Shown here one piece after another: positions 10,274 through 19,623 of a DNA stretch of 64,000 nt. Position 1 is the stretch's first letter. Each line of letters opens with the position of its first letter. The translations under genes were made by a program, and so were the position numbers. The stretch is from an uncultured delta proteobacterium (GTDB lineage: Bacteria; Desulfobacterota; Binatia; UBA9968): positions 192,001 to 256,000 of the forward strand of contig CAVUVW010000021.1 in NCBI GenBank assembly GCA_963745035.1, in the 5' to 3' direction. The notes beneath the pieces were generated by a model. That model was not told the origin of the DNA. It searched no databases and saw only the letters and a list, made by a program, of their open reading frames with translations.

Positions 10274-10726
10274 TTATGCTTTTCCAAGCTGGCGCAATCC
10301 TTCGTAGAGCACGATGGAGACGGCATTGGAAAGATTCAAGCTGCGCACGCCCGAGCCCATCATCGGAATGCGCAGCGCGCGCTCCGCGTTGGCATCGAGA
10401 ATTTCCTGCGGCAACCCACGCGTCTCCCCACCAAAAACGAGAAAGTGGGTATCGTCGTAGCGCACAGCGGTATAGGACTTGGTCGCCCGTTTGGAAAAAA
10501 ACCACAGCGTTTTCGGTCCAGCCGTTTCGATAAAGTGACTCCACGATTTATGGACGCGCAAATCGACAAACTCCCAGTAATCCAAACCGGCGCGTTTGAG
10601 ATGCTTGTCGTCGATCTTGAAGCCCAGCGGCTCGATCAAGTGCAGCGGCGTCAAGGTGGCGGCGCACAGGCGCGCCACGCTGCCGGTGTTGGGCGGAATC
10701 TCCGGTTCGAACAAGACGATCTGCAC
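10274..10726 (-). CDS. trmL: tRNA (cytidine/uridine-2'-O)-methyltransferase TrmL
   Basis: IVLFEPEIPPNTG, KRAGLDYW, FGGETRGLP, RSLNLSNAV. Confidence 0.95.
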   Translation of the reverse strand: MQIVLFEPEIPPNTGSVARLCAATLTPLHLIEPLGFKIDDKHLKRAGLDYWEFVDLRVHKSWSHFIETAGPKTLWFFSKRATKSYTAVRYDDTHFLVFGGETRGLPQEILDANAERALRIPMMGSGVRSLNLSNAVSIVLYEGLRQLGKA

Positions 10727-10825
10727 GACGATTTTCGGGTCTGATACTTTGTTAGAGACTTTTTGTCGCGAAAGGTTCGCGTTCGCGCTGCCGCCGTTGA
10801 GACTCTCCGCTTCGATTGCGGCAGC

Positions 10826-11267
10826 TCAAGCGTTATCCAAAATCAAAGTCACGGGACCGTCATTGACGAGGGCTACTTTCATGCGCGCCTGGAAGCGGCC
10901 GGTGGCGACCTTCAAGCCCGCGTCGCGCAGTCGTTCGATGAAATATCGATACAGCCGATCGGCCTGATCGGCCGGCGCGGCGCCGGTGAACGACGGGCGA
11001 TTGCCCCTGCGGCAGTCGCCGTACAACGTGAACTGGGAAATCACCAGGACTTCGCCGCCGCGATCGATGATCGAAGCGGTTCATCTTGCCTTGGTCGTCT
11101 TCGAAGACGCGAAGATTTCTGAGCTTGTCGGCGAGTGCTTCGGCGTTTTTGTCGCCATCGTCGCTGCCGACGCCGATGAAAACGCATAGCCCGGCGCCGA
11201 TCTCGCCGACGATCTCTTCACCCACAGCGACGCGGGCTTCGGCGACTCTCTGCACGACGGCTCGCAC
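10826..11267 (-). CDS. dtd: D-aminoacyl-tRNA deacylase, frameshifted near 11075
   Basis: MRAVVQRV...[12 protein letters not shown] joined to SQFTL...GNRPSF...NDGPVT; removing one extra T restores the frame. Confidence 0.92.
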
Positions 11268-11437
11268 GGCAATTCAACGGGTTCGCAAGCGGGGTGGGTG
11301 ACATTTTGTCATTGGCGAAATACACTCGGCTGTGTTCCATCGTCTAAAGCGTCTTTGCTTACGTGGTTAACAGAGAATGGCGACGCGCTCAACACGTCCG
11401 CGCTGAGGAACCTAGTCTATAGATTTGGATTACGCCG

Positions 11438-12186
11438 ATGCTCAACGCCACTCGTGTTCTGGTTGTGGTGACGCCGATCTTGTTAGCGGCGGGTTCGTCC
11501 GCGCTATGTGCGGCCGAACCGCGGAGCCGTGTCGCCGGCGGCGTGCCGGTTGCCGAAGTGCTGGCCAGCGTCAGCGGCACCGTGAGCGTCGCAGGGAATC
11601 ATCAACGCGCGAAGCCGCTGCCGGTTTTCAAAAACCGGTCATTCTGCGGCGCGCAAGTGCCGAACGAAACTTTGCTGGTCGGACGACACGGCGGTTTGCG
11701 AAACGCTGTTCTTACGTTCCATCCTCTCCATAGGAAGGCTGCCGCGCAGCCCATGAAGCTGGTCCTAGACAATAAACAATGCGCATTCGCGCCGCACGTG
11801 CAGGTCGCCGCCTTGGGTAGTGATTTGCTGCTCAAGAATAGCGATCCGATTCTTCACACCGTGCACGCGCGCCTGGGCAAAGAGACTTTGTTCAATGTCG
11901 GCTTGCCGAGATGGCGCCAAGTTACAAAACGGCTGGACCGGGTCGGCGTCATCAGAATCGACTGCGATGTCCTCCATACATGGATGAGCGCTGTCATCAT
12001 CGTTACCCGGACTCCATACTTTGCGATTAGCGACGAAGATGGAAAATTCATCGATCGATCAGTTGCCTGCCGGCCCATACCAAGTGGAAATCTGGCATGA
12101 AAAGCTCGGTATGAAGTCGATGAGGATGGCGGTGGATGGTGACACTATCACTCGACGTCGTCTACGCTCTGAACGGAAAATCTTAA
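11438..12186 (+). CDS. exported cupredoxin-like/carboxypeptidase-regulatory-like domain protein, frameshifted near 12050 and 12150
   Basis: Signal peptide; LDNKQCAFAPHV, NSDPILHTVH, CDVLHTWM, then PAGPYQVEIWHEKLG in a shifted frame. Confidence 0.7.
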
Positions 12187-12259
12187 CAGGTCGCCGTAGT
12201 GCCAGGGCCAGGGCGTCAGCACGATCTAGCCAACATCTTATCTAGATCTCATAAACGTA

Positions 12260-12272
12260 AATCAATAACTTA
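12260..12272 (+). promoter_or_regulatory. IHF binding site consensus
   Basis: AATCAATAACTTA is a perfect match to WATCAANNNNTTR in an AT-rich region. Confidence 0.6.
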
Positions 12273-12296
12273 TAGCCTGCCGTATCTCAATATCTT

Positions 12297-12433
12297 ACAG
12301 CTCTCGATTTTTATTGAACAGCTGTCTTCGAAATTCTCGTAAGCTGTACAAAATTAATAATCAGCTGTTTATCTATTGAATAAGAGCTGATTGGTTGATA
12401 GAAAACAGCTCGTGCATTGATGTTGAGAGCTGT
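12297..12433. repeat. phased array of seven ACAGCTGT-like palindromes (21-22 bp period)
   Basis: AGCT cores at 12299, 12320, 12342, 12363, 12385, 12407, 12428. Confidence 0.9.
12376..12404 (+). promoter_or_regulatory. candidate sigma70 promoter of dndB
   Basis: TTGAAT-N17-TAGAAA lying inside the palindrome array. Confidence 0.4.
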
Positions 12434-12442
12434 GAATAGAGT

Positions 12443-13552
12443 ATGAAACTTACTTTTCCTGTCATAAAGGGAAACATGGGCGGGCGACAGTACTATTCGC
12501 TCCTGGTTCCGCTCTCAGAGATTCCTCATTTATTCAAATTCAACGACTGGACAGGCTGTACTCCCGAATTGCAGGCGCAAAGGGTTCTGAATAAGGCGAG
12601 GGTTCCAGACATCTCAGAATACATACTCGATAATGAGAACGGATACTTGTTCTCGTCGATCACTGCTTCGTATTCGTGTCCGGTAAAGTTCGTTCCATCA
12701 GCAGATAACGCCGAAGTTGGAACTTTAGAGATGGAGCTCGAAAACCTGGAGTTTATCATCAACGATGGCCAGCATCGGTGCGCGGCGATTGCTGCGGCAC
12801 TCAAGGAGAATCCCGCGCTTGGGAAGGAAAAAATCTCGGTGCTTCTCTTTGAGACGGAAAGTTTGGAACGGCTTCAGCAGATGTTCTCGGATTTAAATCG
12901 ATTCGTGCAGCAAACATCAAAATCGTTAGGCATGCTCTATGATCGTCGAGATAATCTTTCTGCGCTCACAATGGAGCTGGCCGACCAGGTCGACGTATTC
13001 CGAGACATGGTGGACAAAGAGAAGGTGACGATTCCGCGGAGGTCCCCCAAACTTTTTACCATCTCCGCTTTATATGAAGCGAACGAAGAATTGCTGGGTA
13101 AAAAAATCGCTGAACAGGGATCATCGGTCTACGCAGAAATTCTCAGCAGGGCTGTCGACTACTGGACGGAGCTTTCGAAGGTCATTGGCGACTGGCAGAA
13201 AGTCAAGAATGGAGAACTTGGCGCTTCCGACCTCCGGCAAGAGAAGATCAATACTCATGCGGTGGTTTTGCGCGCGCTGGGAGGCGTCGGAAGGATTTTG
13301 TTCGAAAAATATCCCGGCAACTGGCGGGAGAAACTCAAGCTCCTAGAACGGCTTGATTGGCGGAAATCCGTGGATGGTAGCGCGAATCCTCTCTGGGATG
13401 CCGTATGCATCACAGCAGGCTCAGTTGTCTCCAATAGGCAGGCGCGAGCAGCTACGTTGGCAGTCTTGTTGAGAGAAATAGGCGAATCGCCAAATGGAAA
13501 AATGGCACACAAGGAATTTGCGGAGGTGACTAGTGCGCAAGCGGCTCAGTAA
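12443..13552 (+). CDS. dndB: DNA sulfur modification protein DndB (DGQHR domain)
   Basis: FPVIKGNMGGRQYY, QAQRVLNKARVPDISEYI, FSSITAS, INDGQHR, QQMFSDLNR, LYDRRD. Confidence 0.92.
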   Translation: MKLTFPVIKGNMGGRQYYSLLVPLSEIPHLFKFNDWTGCTPELQAQRVLNKARVPDISEYILDNENGYLFSSITASYSCPVKFVPSADNAEVGTLEMELENLEFIINDGQHRCAAIAAALKENPALGKEKISVLLFETESLERLQQMFSDLNRFVQQTSKSLGMLYDRRDNLSALTMELADQVDVFRDMVDKEKVTIPRRSPKLFTISALYEANEELLGKKIAEQGSSVYAEILSRAVDYWTELSKVIGDWQKVKNGELGASDLRQEKINTHAVVLRALGGVGRILFEKYPGNWREKLKLLERLDWRKSVDGSANPLWDAVCITAGSVVSNRQARAATLAVLLREIGESPNGKMAHKEFAEVTSAQAAQ

Positions 13553-15467
13553 CGGAAAGCAGCGAAAAAATTCTGCCGTTGCCGATCAGCAGAAGCCTGC
13601 AGGCAGCGTTCAAAGTTCGACCGATGGCGAAATCGCGAGTCCGAGCCCAACCGAAGATTCAACCACAACTCGCCTGCGGCAATTGCTCCCTACTGCATGG
13701 AACATGATTCGACCCTACTGGTCCTCGGAGGATCGATGGGCGGCTTGGGGGCTGGTCGTCGTCGTTATAGGACTCACTCTAGCGATGGTCCACATGAGTG
13801 TTCTGTTTAATCACTGGAACAACGCCTTTTACACCGCTCTGCAGGAGAAGAACCATACAGTTTTTTCCCAGCAGCTGATCGGTCTTTCCTGGCTTGTGGG
13901 TCTGACAATTGTCTTCGCTGTTTATCAGCTTTATCTGAACCAGATGCTCGAGATCCGCTGGCGGCGCTGGCTTACGGAGCGATATCTCCGGGCCTGGCTG
14001 AGCGACGGCGCCTATTATCGGATGCAACTCGTGGCGCATGAAACGGACAATCCCGACCAGCGCATCGCTGAAGACGTTCACCTGCTCATTTCTCATACCC
14101 TGACGCTTGTCATCGGAGGCCTGCGCGCGCTGGTAACTTTGGTTGCCTTTGTGGCGATCCTCTGGGGGCTGTCCGGAACGCTCACCGTTCCGCTTCGCGG
14201 GTGGTTCTCCATTATGCTGCCCGGCTACATGGTATGGGCGGCGATCTTGTACGCGATCGGCGGCACTTGGCTCACCCACTGGATTGGCCGTCCGCTGGTG
14301 CGGCTGAATTATGACAAGCAGCGTTGTGAAGCCGACTTCCGGTTCGGCCTGGTACGCTTCCGGGAGAATACCGAAGGAGTGGCGCTCTACCGGGGCGAAG
14401 CAGATGAACTTCGCGGTTTTCGGCAACGGTTCGAGGCGGTGGCGATGAACTGGTGGGACATCATGCGTCGCCAGAAGCGGCTGACCTACTTCACTTCGGG
14501 CTACCAACAAGCGGCTTGGATTTTTCCATCGCTTGTCGCGGCGCCACGTTACTTCAGCGGCGTTCTTACTCTGGGTGGGCTCATACAAACCATCGGCGCT
14601 TTCAGTGCGGTACAGGCTTCGCTTAGCTTTTTTATCGACTCGTATAAGGTGATCGCTGAATGGTGCGCGGTGGTTGAGCGGCTCTCCGGTTTCGAGCTGG
14701 CGCTTGACCGCGTGCGCATCCAGGCGGAGACTGGCGATGGTGTCCGGCGCATCGACGGAGACGCCACCCATCTGACAGTTGAGGGTGTGGATCTCTATCT
14801 ACCCGATGGTCAGCCGCTTATCGCGGATGTGAATCTCTCGCTCTTGCGTGGAGACACAGTCCTCTTGGGGGGAGCTTCCGGTTCGGGAAAGAGTACGCTG
14901 TTCCGCGCGGTCGCCGGCATCTGGCCGTTTGGGCGTGGCGAGATTCGCGGACCCAGCGGCGCCCAAGTCCTCTTTCTGCCGCAGAAGCCCTACCTGCCGA
15001 TTGACACCCTTCGGCAAGTGGTGAGTTATCCGATGCCGGCGGGTGGGGTGGATGACGTGACAGTGCGCGAGGCTTTGGAGGCCGTGGGACTCCGTGACTT
15101 AGTCGTTCGACTCGACGAAGTTGGCCATTGGGCGCTCCAACTCTCTCCAGGTGAGCAGCAGCGCATCGCCTTCGCGCGAGCGCTGGTTCAGAAACCCGAA
15201 TGGCTCTTTCTCGACGAGGCGACATCGGCGGTTGACGAGACTACAGAGGCACGGCTTTATCGACTGGTGCGCGAACGGCTCGCGGGAACGACGGTATTCA
15301 GTGTGGGCCATCGCGCGACGCTGCGTCCGTTCCATGCTCGCCAGCTTCTGGTGCGGACCAATGGCAACGGGCCCGCCTCCATCGTGGAAGTGACGGCTGT
15401 GCCAGAGTTGGTTCGACGTGGGCCTGGCGTTTCTACGCAGGACGAAACGGTTGCGATGGCTGGATAA
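13533..15467 (+). CDS. ABCD/YddA (BacA-like) fused ABC transporter permease/ATPase
   Basis: WRRWLTERYL, DNPDQRIAED, EADFRFGLVR, GASGSGKST, LSPGEQQR, FLDEATSA; true start uncertain, may lie downstream. Confidence 0.9.
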   Translation: MRKRLSNGKQRKNSAVADQQKPAGSVQSSTDGEIASPSPTEDSTTTRLRQLLPTAWNMIRPYWSSEDRWAAWGLVVVVIGLTLAMVHMSVLFNHWNNAFYTALQEKNHTVFSQQLIGLSWLVGLTIVFAVYQLYLNQMLEIRWRRWLTERYLRAWLSDGAYYRMQLVAHETDNPDQRIAEDVHLLISHTLTLVIGGLRALVTLVAFVAILWGLSGTLTVPLRGWFSIMLPGYMVWAAILYAIGGTWLTHWIGRPLVRLNYDKQRCEADFRFGLVRFRENTEGVALYRGEADELRGFRQRFEAVAMNWWDIMRRQKRLTYFTSGYQQAAWIFPSLVAAPRYFSGVLTLGGLIQTIGAFSAVQASLSFFIDSYKVIAEWCAVVERLSGFELALDRVRIQAETGDGVRRIDGDATHLTVEGVDLYLPDGQPLIADVNLSLLRGDTVLLGGASGSGKSTLFRAVAGIWPFGRGEIRGPSGAQVLFLPQKPYLPIDTLRQVVSYPMPAGGVDDVTVREALEAVGLRDLVVRLDEVGHWALQLSPGEQQRIAFARALVQKPEWLFLDEATSAVDETTEARLYRLVRERLAGTTVFSVGHRATLRPFHARQLLVRTNGNGPASIVEVTAVPELVRRGPGVSTQDETVAMAG

Positions 15468-15800
15468 TCTTACTAATATTGCGACTCTTACGATCCTGGG
15501 TCCAGTGCTGAATTCCTCGCTAGTGGGGAGTTTGCAATTCCTAAATGCACCTTTTCTGAGTGCCACTTAACGCTTCGATCGCTCTCCATAGATCCTCTGT
15601 TTTAAATTCTGGTACGTTTCGGGAGCCTGGGATACAATTTTCTAGCGGCCTGAGCTTGGAATCCAGCCGATCAGACGCATCAGAATCTTTTATGGAACAT
15701 CTATTGCCATTTCTGCTCGATTGCCGATTATGGTATAGGCAGCTATTAATCACGAGGTCGACAGTCTAGAGATTATTGGATCGAGAGGCGAAATCAACGA

Positions 15801-16790
15801 ATGAGAAGTCGGTGGTCGAGTTCATTGCGAAGATATCTACAAGGCTTCCTTGTCTGTGCGCTGTTTCCAGTTCCTTACACGTACGGAGCGGACGCACCTC
15901 AGCGTCTTGAGCCATTTCTATCTAAGAACACCCGACTGATGGTCTTTTCCCCGCATCCAGACGATGAGAGTCTGGCAGCTGCAGGTCTTATCCAGCGGGT
16001 GCTCCGCCTCGGGGGGGCGGTGAAGGTTGTGTTTATGACCTCCGGCGACGGTTTTCCTGAAGGGGTGGAAAAAGAAACCCGCATAGCCCGCCCCACTGCA
16101 CAGGATTATCGCAACTATGGAAAGCTGCGCAAAAGGGAAGCACGTCAGGCGCTTCGCACTCTGGGAATGAAGAAGGAGGATGTAGTTTTTTTGAACTTTC
16201 CTGATGGCGGCCTGCGCAATCTTCTGCAGAAGCATTGGATTGACAGGCGCCCTTATTTTCGATCTCCTTTTACACTGGAGGATCGACCTCAACTTGAGGA
16301 TACCTTGCTACCGAACATCGAATTCAACGGCGAGGACGTGAAGCGAGAAGTGGAAAAATTGCTGCTGGACTTTTATCCGTCGCTTATCGCGGTCGCTGAC
16401 GCAAGAGATCAACACCCCGATCATTGTTCAACGTACTTTTTTGTTAGCAAGGCTCTAAAGACATATAGGAAGAACTATCCCACATTTGATCCCAAGATCC
16501 TCAATTTTTTAGTTCACTTTCGTCAGTGGCCGCTTGCCAGTGGGGCAGGCAAGGGAGCCCGGCTAAATCCTCCCGAGGGCTTTCCCCAGGAGGCATCCGA
16601 ATGGGCCTCCTTGGCACTATCTGATGAGGAATTGGCCAACAAGCGAAGATGCCTCATGGAATACAATACGCAGATGCTTGTCATGGGACGCTATCTCATG
16701 AGCTTCGCTCGAGCCAACGAACTTTTTCTCATCGATCAGGAAAACGCGAACGCAGGGCCGGCGAAGATGCAATGCTTAGGTTTAAGGTAG
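15801..16790 (+). CDS. PIG-L/LmbE family deacetylase, probably exported
   Basis: FSPHPDDE, MTSGD, FPDGGL, DQHPDH; hydrophobic N-terminus. Confidence 0.9.
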   Translation: MRSRWSSSLRRYLQGFLVCALFPVPYTYGADAPQRLEPFLSKNTRLMVFSPHPDDESLAAAGLIQRVLRLGGAVKVVFMTSGDGFPEGVEKETRIARPTAQDYRNYGKLRKREARQALRTLGMKKEDVVFLNFPDGGLRNLLQKHWIDRRPYFRSPFTLEDRPQLEDTLLPNIEFNGEDVKREVEKLLLDFYPSLIAVADARDQHPDHCSTYFFVSKALKTYRKNYPTFDPKILNFLVHFRQWPLASGAGKGARLNPPEGFPQEASEWASLALSDEELANKRRCLMEYNTQMLVMGRYLMSFARANELFLIDQENANAGPAKMQCLGLR

Positions 16791-16885
16791 ATTACGACAG
16801 TACTCGCAATTTAATTAGTCATGAGAAAGACACAAAGTGAGTAGCGGGTGTCGCAATCCAGAAATGTTATCTTCTTTCGGCCGCA

Positions 16886-17632
16886 ATGAAATTCACAAAA
16901 GCAAATTGTTTCTGGTGGTTTTTGTTGGCCATCATTGCATGTGTTGGCTTGTTGGCCATAAGCGATGTTCGGAACATAGCGAGCGATTCTTATCGGCATT
17001 GGATCAGGGACCCGAGAGTCATTCGCGATTATCTCGAATCACATTCGGTTCGCAAATTGCACCTTGGAGCCGGTGGTAACGACCCGCGGGGATGGTTGAA
17101 TACCGATATTTTCCCCACACGTGAAGAGGTCTATCTCAATGCTAGCAAACCATATCCATTCTCAGATGGATCCTTCCAGTATGTTTTCGGCGAGCATATG
17201 ATCCAGGCGCTTCCCTGGGAAAGCGGCGTAGCAATGCTAAAGGAGTGCTATCGCGTACTTGCACCAGGTGGAAAATTGCGCGTCGTAACGCCAAACCTGG
17301 CGAAATTTTTTCAGTTGTTAATAGGGAACCCGGATGCCGACGCAAAGCAGTTCATGGAGGCGAAGATGCGATTCCATGGCTGGCCGGAGAATCCCGTGAC
17401 CGGTGCATATATCGTTAACCGACAAGTCCGTGATTGGGGTCCGTTCCTCTACGACCCGGCAACGCTACGGAAGAGTTTCGAACTGGCGGGATTCAAGCAG
17501 ATCACCGAACACCGGGTTGACGAGAAGACCGATCCTGTTTTTCGCGAGGTAGAAATTCGTACACGTAACGAAGGCTCGGATCTTTGGCTGATCAACCGTT
17601 GGGAATCGATGGCCTTCGAGGCGGTGCGTTAA
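16886..17632 (+). CDS. class I SAM-dependent methyltransferase with N-terminal membrane anchor
   Basis: KLHLGAG, GWLNTD, ECYRVLAPGGKLRVVTPN. Confidence 0.85.
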   Translation: MKFTKANCFWWFLLAIIACVGLLAISDVRNIASDSYRHWIRDPRVIRDYLESHSVRKLHLGAGGNDPRGWLNTDIFPTREEVYLNASKPYPFSDGSFQYVFGEHMIQALPWESGVAMLKECYRVLAPGGKLRVVTPNLAKFFQLLIGNPDADAKQFMEAKMRFHGWPENPVTGAYIVNRQVRDWGPFLYDPATLRKSFELAGFKQITEHRVDEKTDPVFREVEIRTRNEGSDLWLINRWESMAFEAVR

Positions 17633-17846
17633 ACTCTCACGCCACCCCAAATCGCCGACCAGACGCCAAAGGGCTGTTTCCTATTAACCGAGTTCTCGGT
17701 TGTCGCCTAGAAGGAGGTTGAATCTGAAAATAGTACATAGTGTTTCAAAGCTCGGTACGGCGGCGGAGTTCAGTGCTTACTTTGCTGACGCGCGCGGTCG
17801 GTGTCGGCTCATGCGCTTTCAAAATCGGCAGCCCGGAGTTATGGCG

Positions 17847-19623
17847 CTAGAGTGATGCTCGTTTAATGTAGGTTTCCTCCAGTTTAATTAAACCTTCTTG
17901 ATCATTGGTCAGATCGTAGACAAAAATCGAGTAGCCGATCTTTGCTATCGGTCGGCGCGTCCAAAGCCACCGAAACAGCGGATCGTCGGCGTTCGAAACA
18001 TCCTGCAAATTGTAAGCGCTGATCGCAAGGATCTTGCGGGGTGCATCGGCCGGAACCTTCTCAGGCGGGGGCGGTCCCAGGATACCTTTACTAGCGACAT
18101 CCTGGTAGCGAATGCCGTAATAAGACGGCGGAGCCGTTCCGAAATAGGACAAATAGATAATCGGCAGCTTTTCCTTTTCGATGTATGCCTTCAGTCCTTT
18201 GAGGTCTTGCCCCCAGTCCAGATTCGAATCGCTTAAGTAACGGTAACCCCGCTCCGGGCCTCCGACCGATTCATTGAAGTACGCAAGCTGATGCGGCGCA
18301 ACTGCGCAAAGAAGAGATAGCCGTCCAGACAAGTGACGATCCCAAGCAGAGACGGCGCGAGCAAAGTAGCGGCTGAAAGCGAAACGTTGCCATACGCGAA
18401 GCCAGAACGAAAAGAAACGGATAAACGGGAAGAATATGGCGGAGGCCGATATTGATCTTCGCCTGCGATATGGCAAGAAAGATCAGGATAACCGGCAGCA
18501 GAAGAAATAATGCTTCGCGCCAACGCGAGTGGACTGCCCGGCGCGGTAAAAAACCAGCGAGGCAGCGATCAGCATCAGGCTGCCCGAGCGGGTGTCTTGA
18601 TAAGAAAGACTATACAGGAAATAGCCCCACCAGCCGTGCCCAGAATACTCGCCTAACAAAAATGCCGGCACGGCCTTCTTCCGACTAAAGTCAAAAATTG
18701 CTGAAAGCCGGAAAGCCATGGCCGGAATCCTTGAAATAAATAGGCTGGCGGAATCGTCAGGCAGTGCGAAAACAAGATATTAGCGAAAGAGCCGCCGCCG
18801 CCTGGAGAAGTTTGTGCTGGGGTTTATTTGGATTCCGTGTTTCGCGGCAAGAACAGCAGGCTCACTGTTAATCAAAAGAGAAATGGTCGCGATCAGAACA
18901 ATGAGTTGGGATAACAAGAGCGCGCTGAAAATTTGGAACAAGGGCCATACCTGTAGCAGATGCCAGTGCCGACCAAAAGCTTCCAGGTGGGTGATTCATG
19001 ATACTCCCAGAAAAGATAGAGAGTAAGAAAGATAAACAGCGTGACTCCCATATCGGTTGTAACGAGGGAGGAATGGGCAACGAGATTCGGGTTCAAAAGC
19101 ACGCCATGGCCATGGCCAGTAAGCCTGCCCGACTGCCCCAAAGCCGATAAGCCCACCATCCGGTGAGCGCGATCAGAACACTCCGAGAAACAAATTAGGC
19201 AAGCGAGCACAAAGCGAGTATTTGATCGGCAGGGGGCCTCGATTTGTACAGTAAGTCCTGTCCGATCGAGTAACCGTCTGCGTCGCGCCAGTATTGGGGA
19301 TCTGGATCGGAAAGGCAGCCCGTAGGCGAGGACACCGGAAGGGCTAGAAGCTCTTTGATGAGCGGCGGGTTTCGGGCTCGATGCGAAAGTCTTTTGTTGC
19401 AAGATAGGAATAGCCTGCTGCTATATGCATCGCTTCGTCAATGGTTTGAGAGTTGGCGCGAATGAAAAACAATACCCTGCGCGAGAAAAAGGAGTAAAAA
19501 ACAAATTGCTCCGAGCAGCGCAACTTTGGCTGTGGGCATCAAGCCGCTCTTAGATGCAGAGCGCGGGAAGCCGGGCTTGTGAGGGGTGGGCTGGCTGACA
19601 TCGTGACATCGTGGTCCGGTCAA
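17847..19623 (-). pseudogene. GT-C (ArnT/PMT-like, GT39/83) glycosyltransferase, multiply frameshifted
   Basis: Fragments in several frames: NPNLVAHSSLVTTD, AFLLGEYSGHGWWGYF, LAYFNESVGGPERGYRYLSDSNLDWGQDL, KIGYSIFVY. Confidence 0.75.

Noticed and set aside
12297-12433. CRISPR array or classical plasmid iteron origin interpretation of the AGCT array
   Set aside because: The conserved unit is only about 8 bp with 13-14 bp spacers, far too short for CRISPR; there are no cas or rep genes, and the units are palindromic rather than full-length direct repeats
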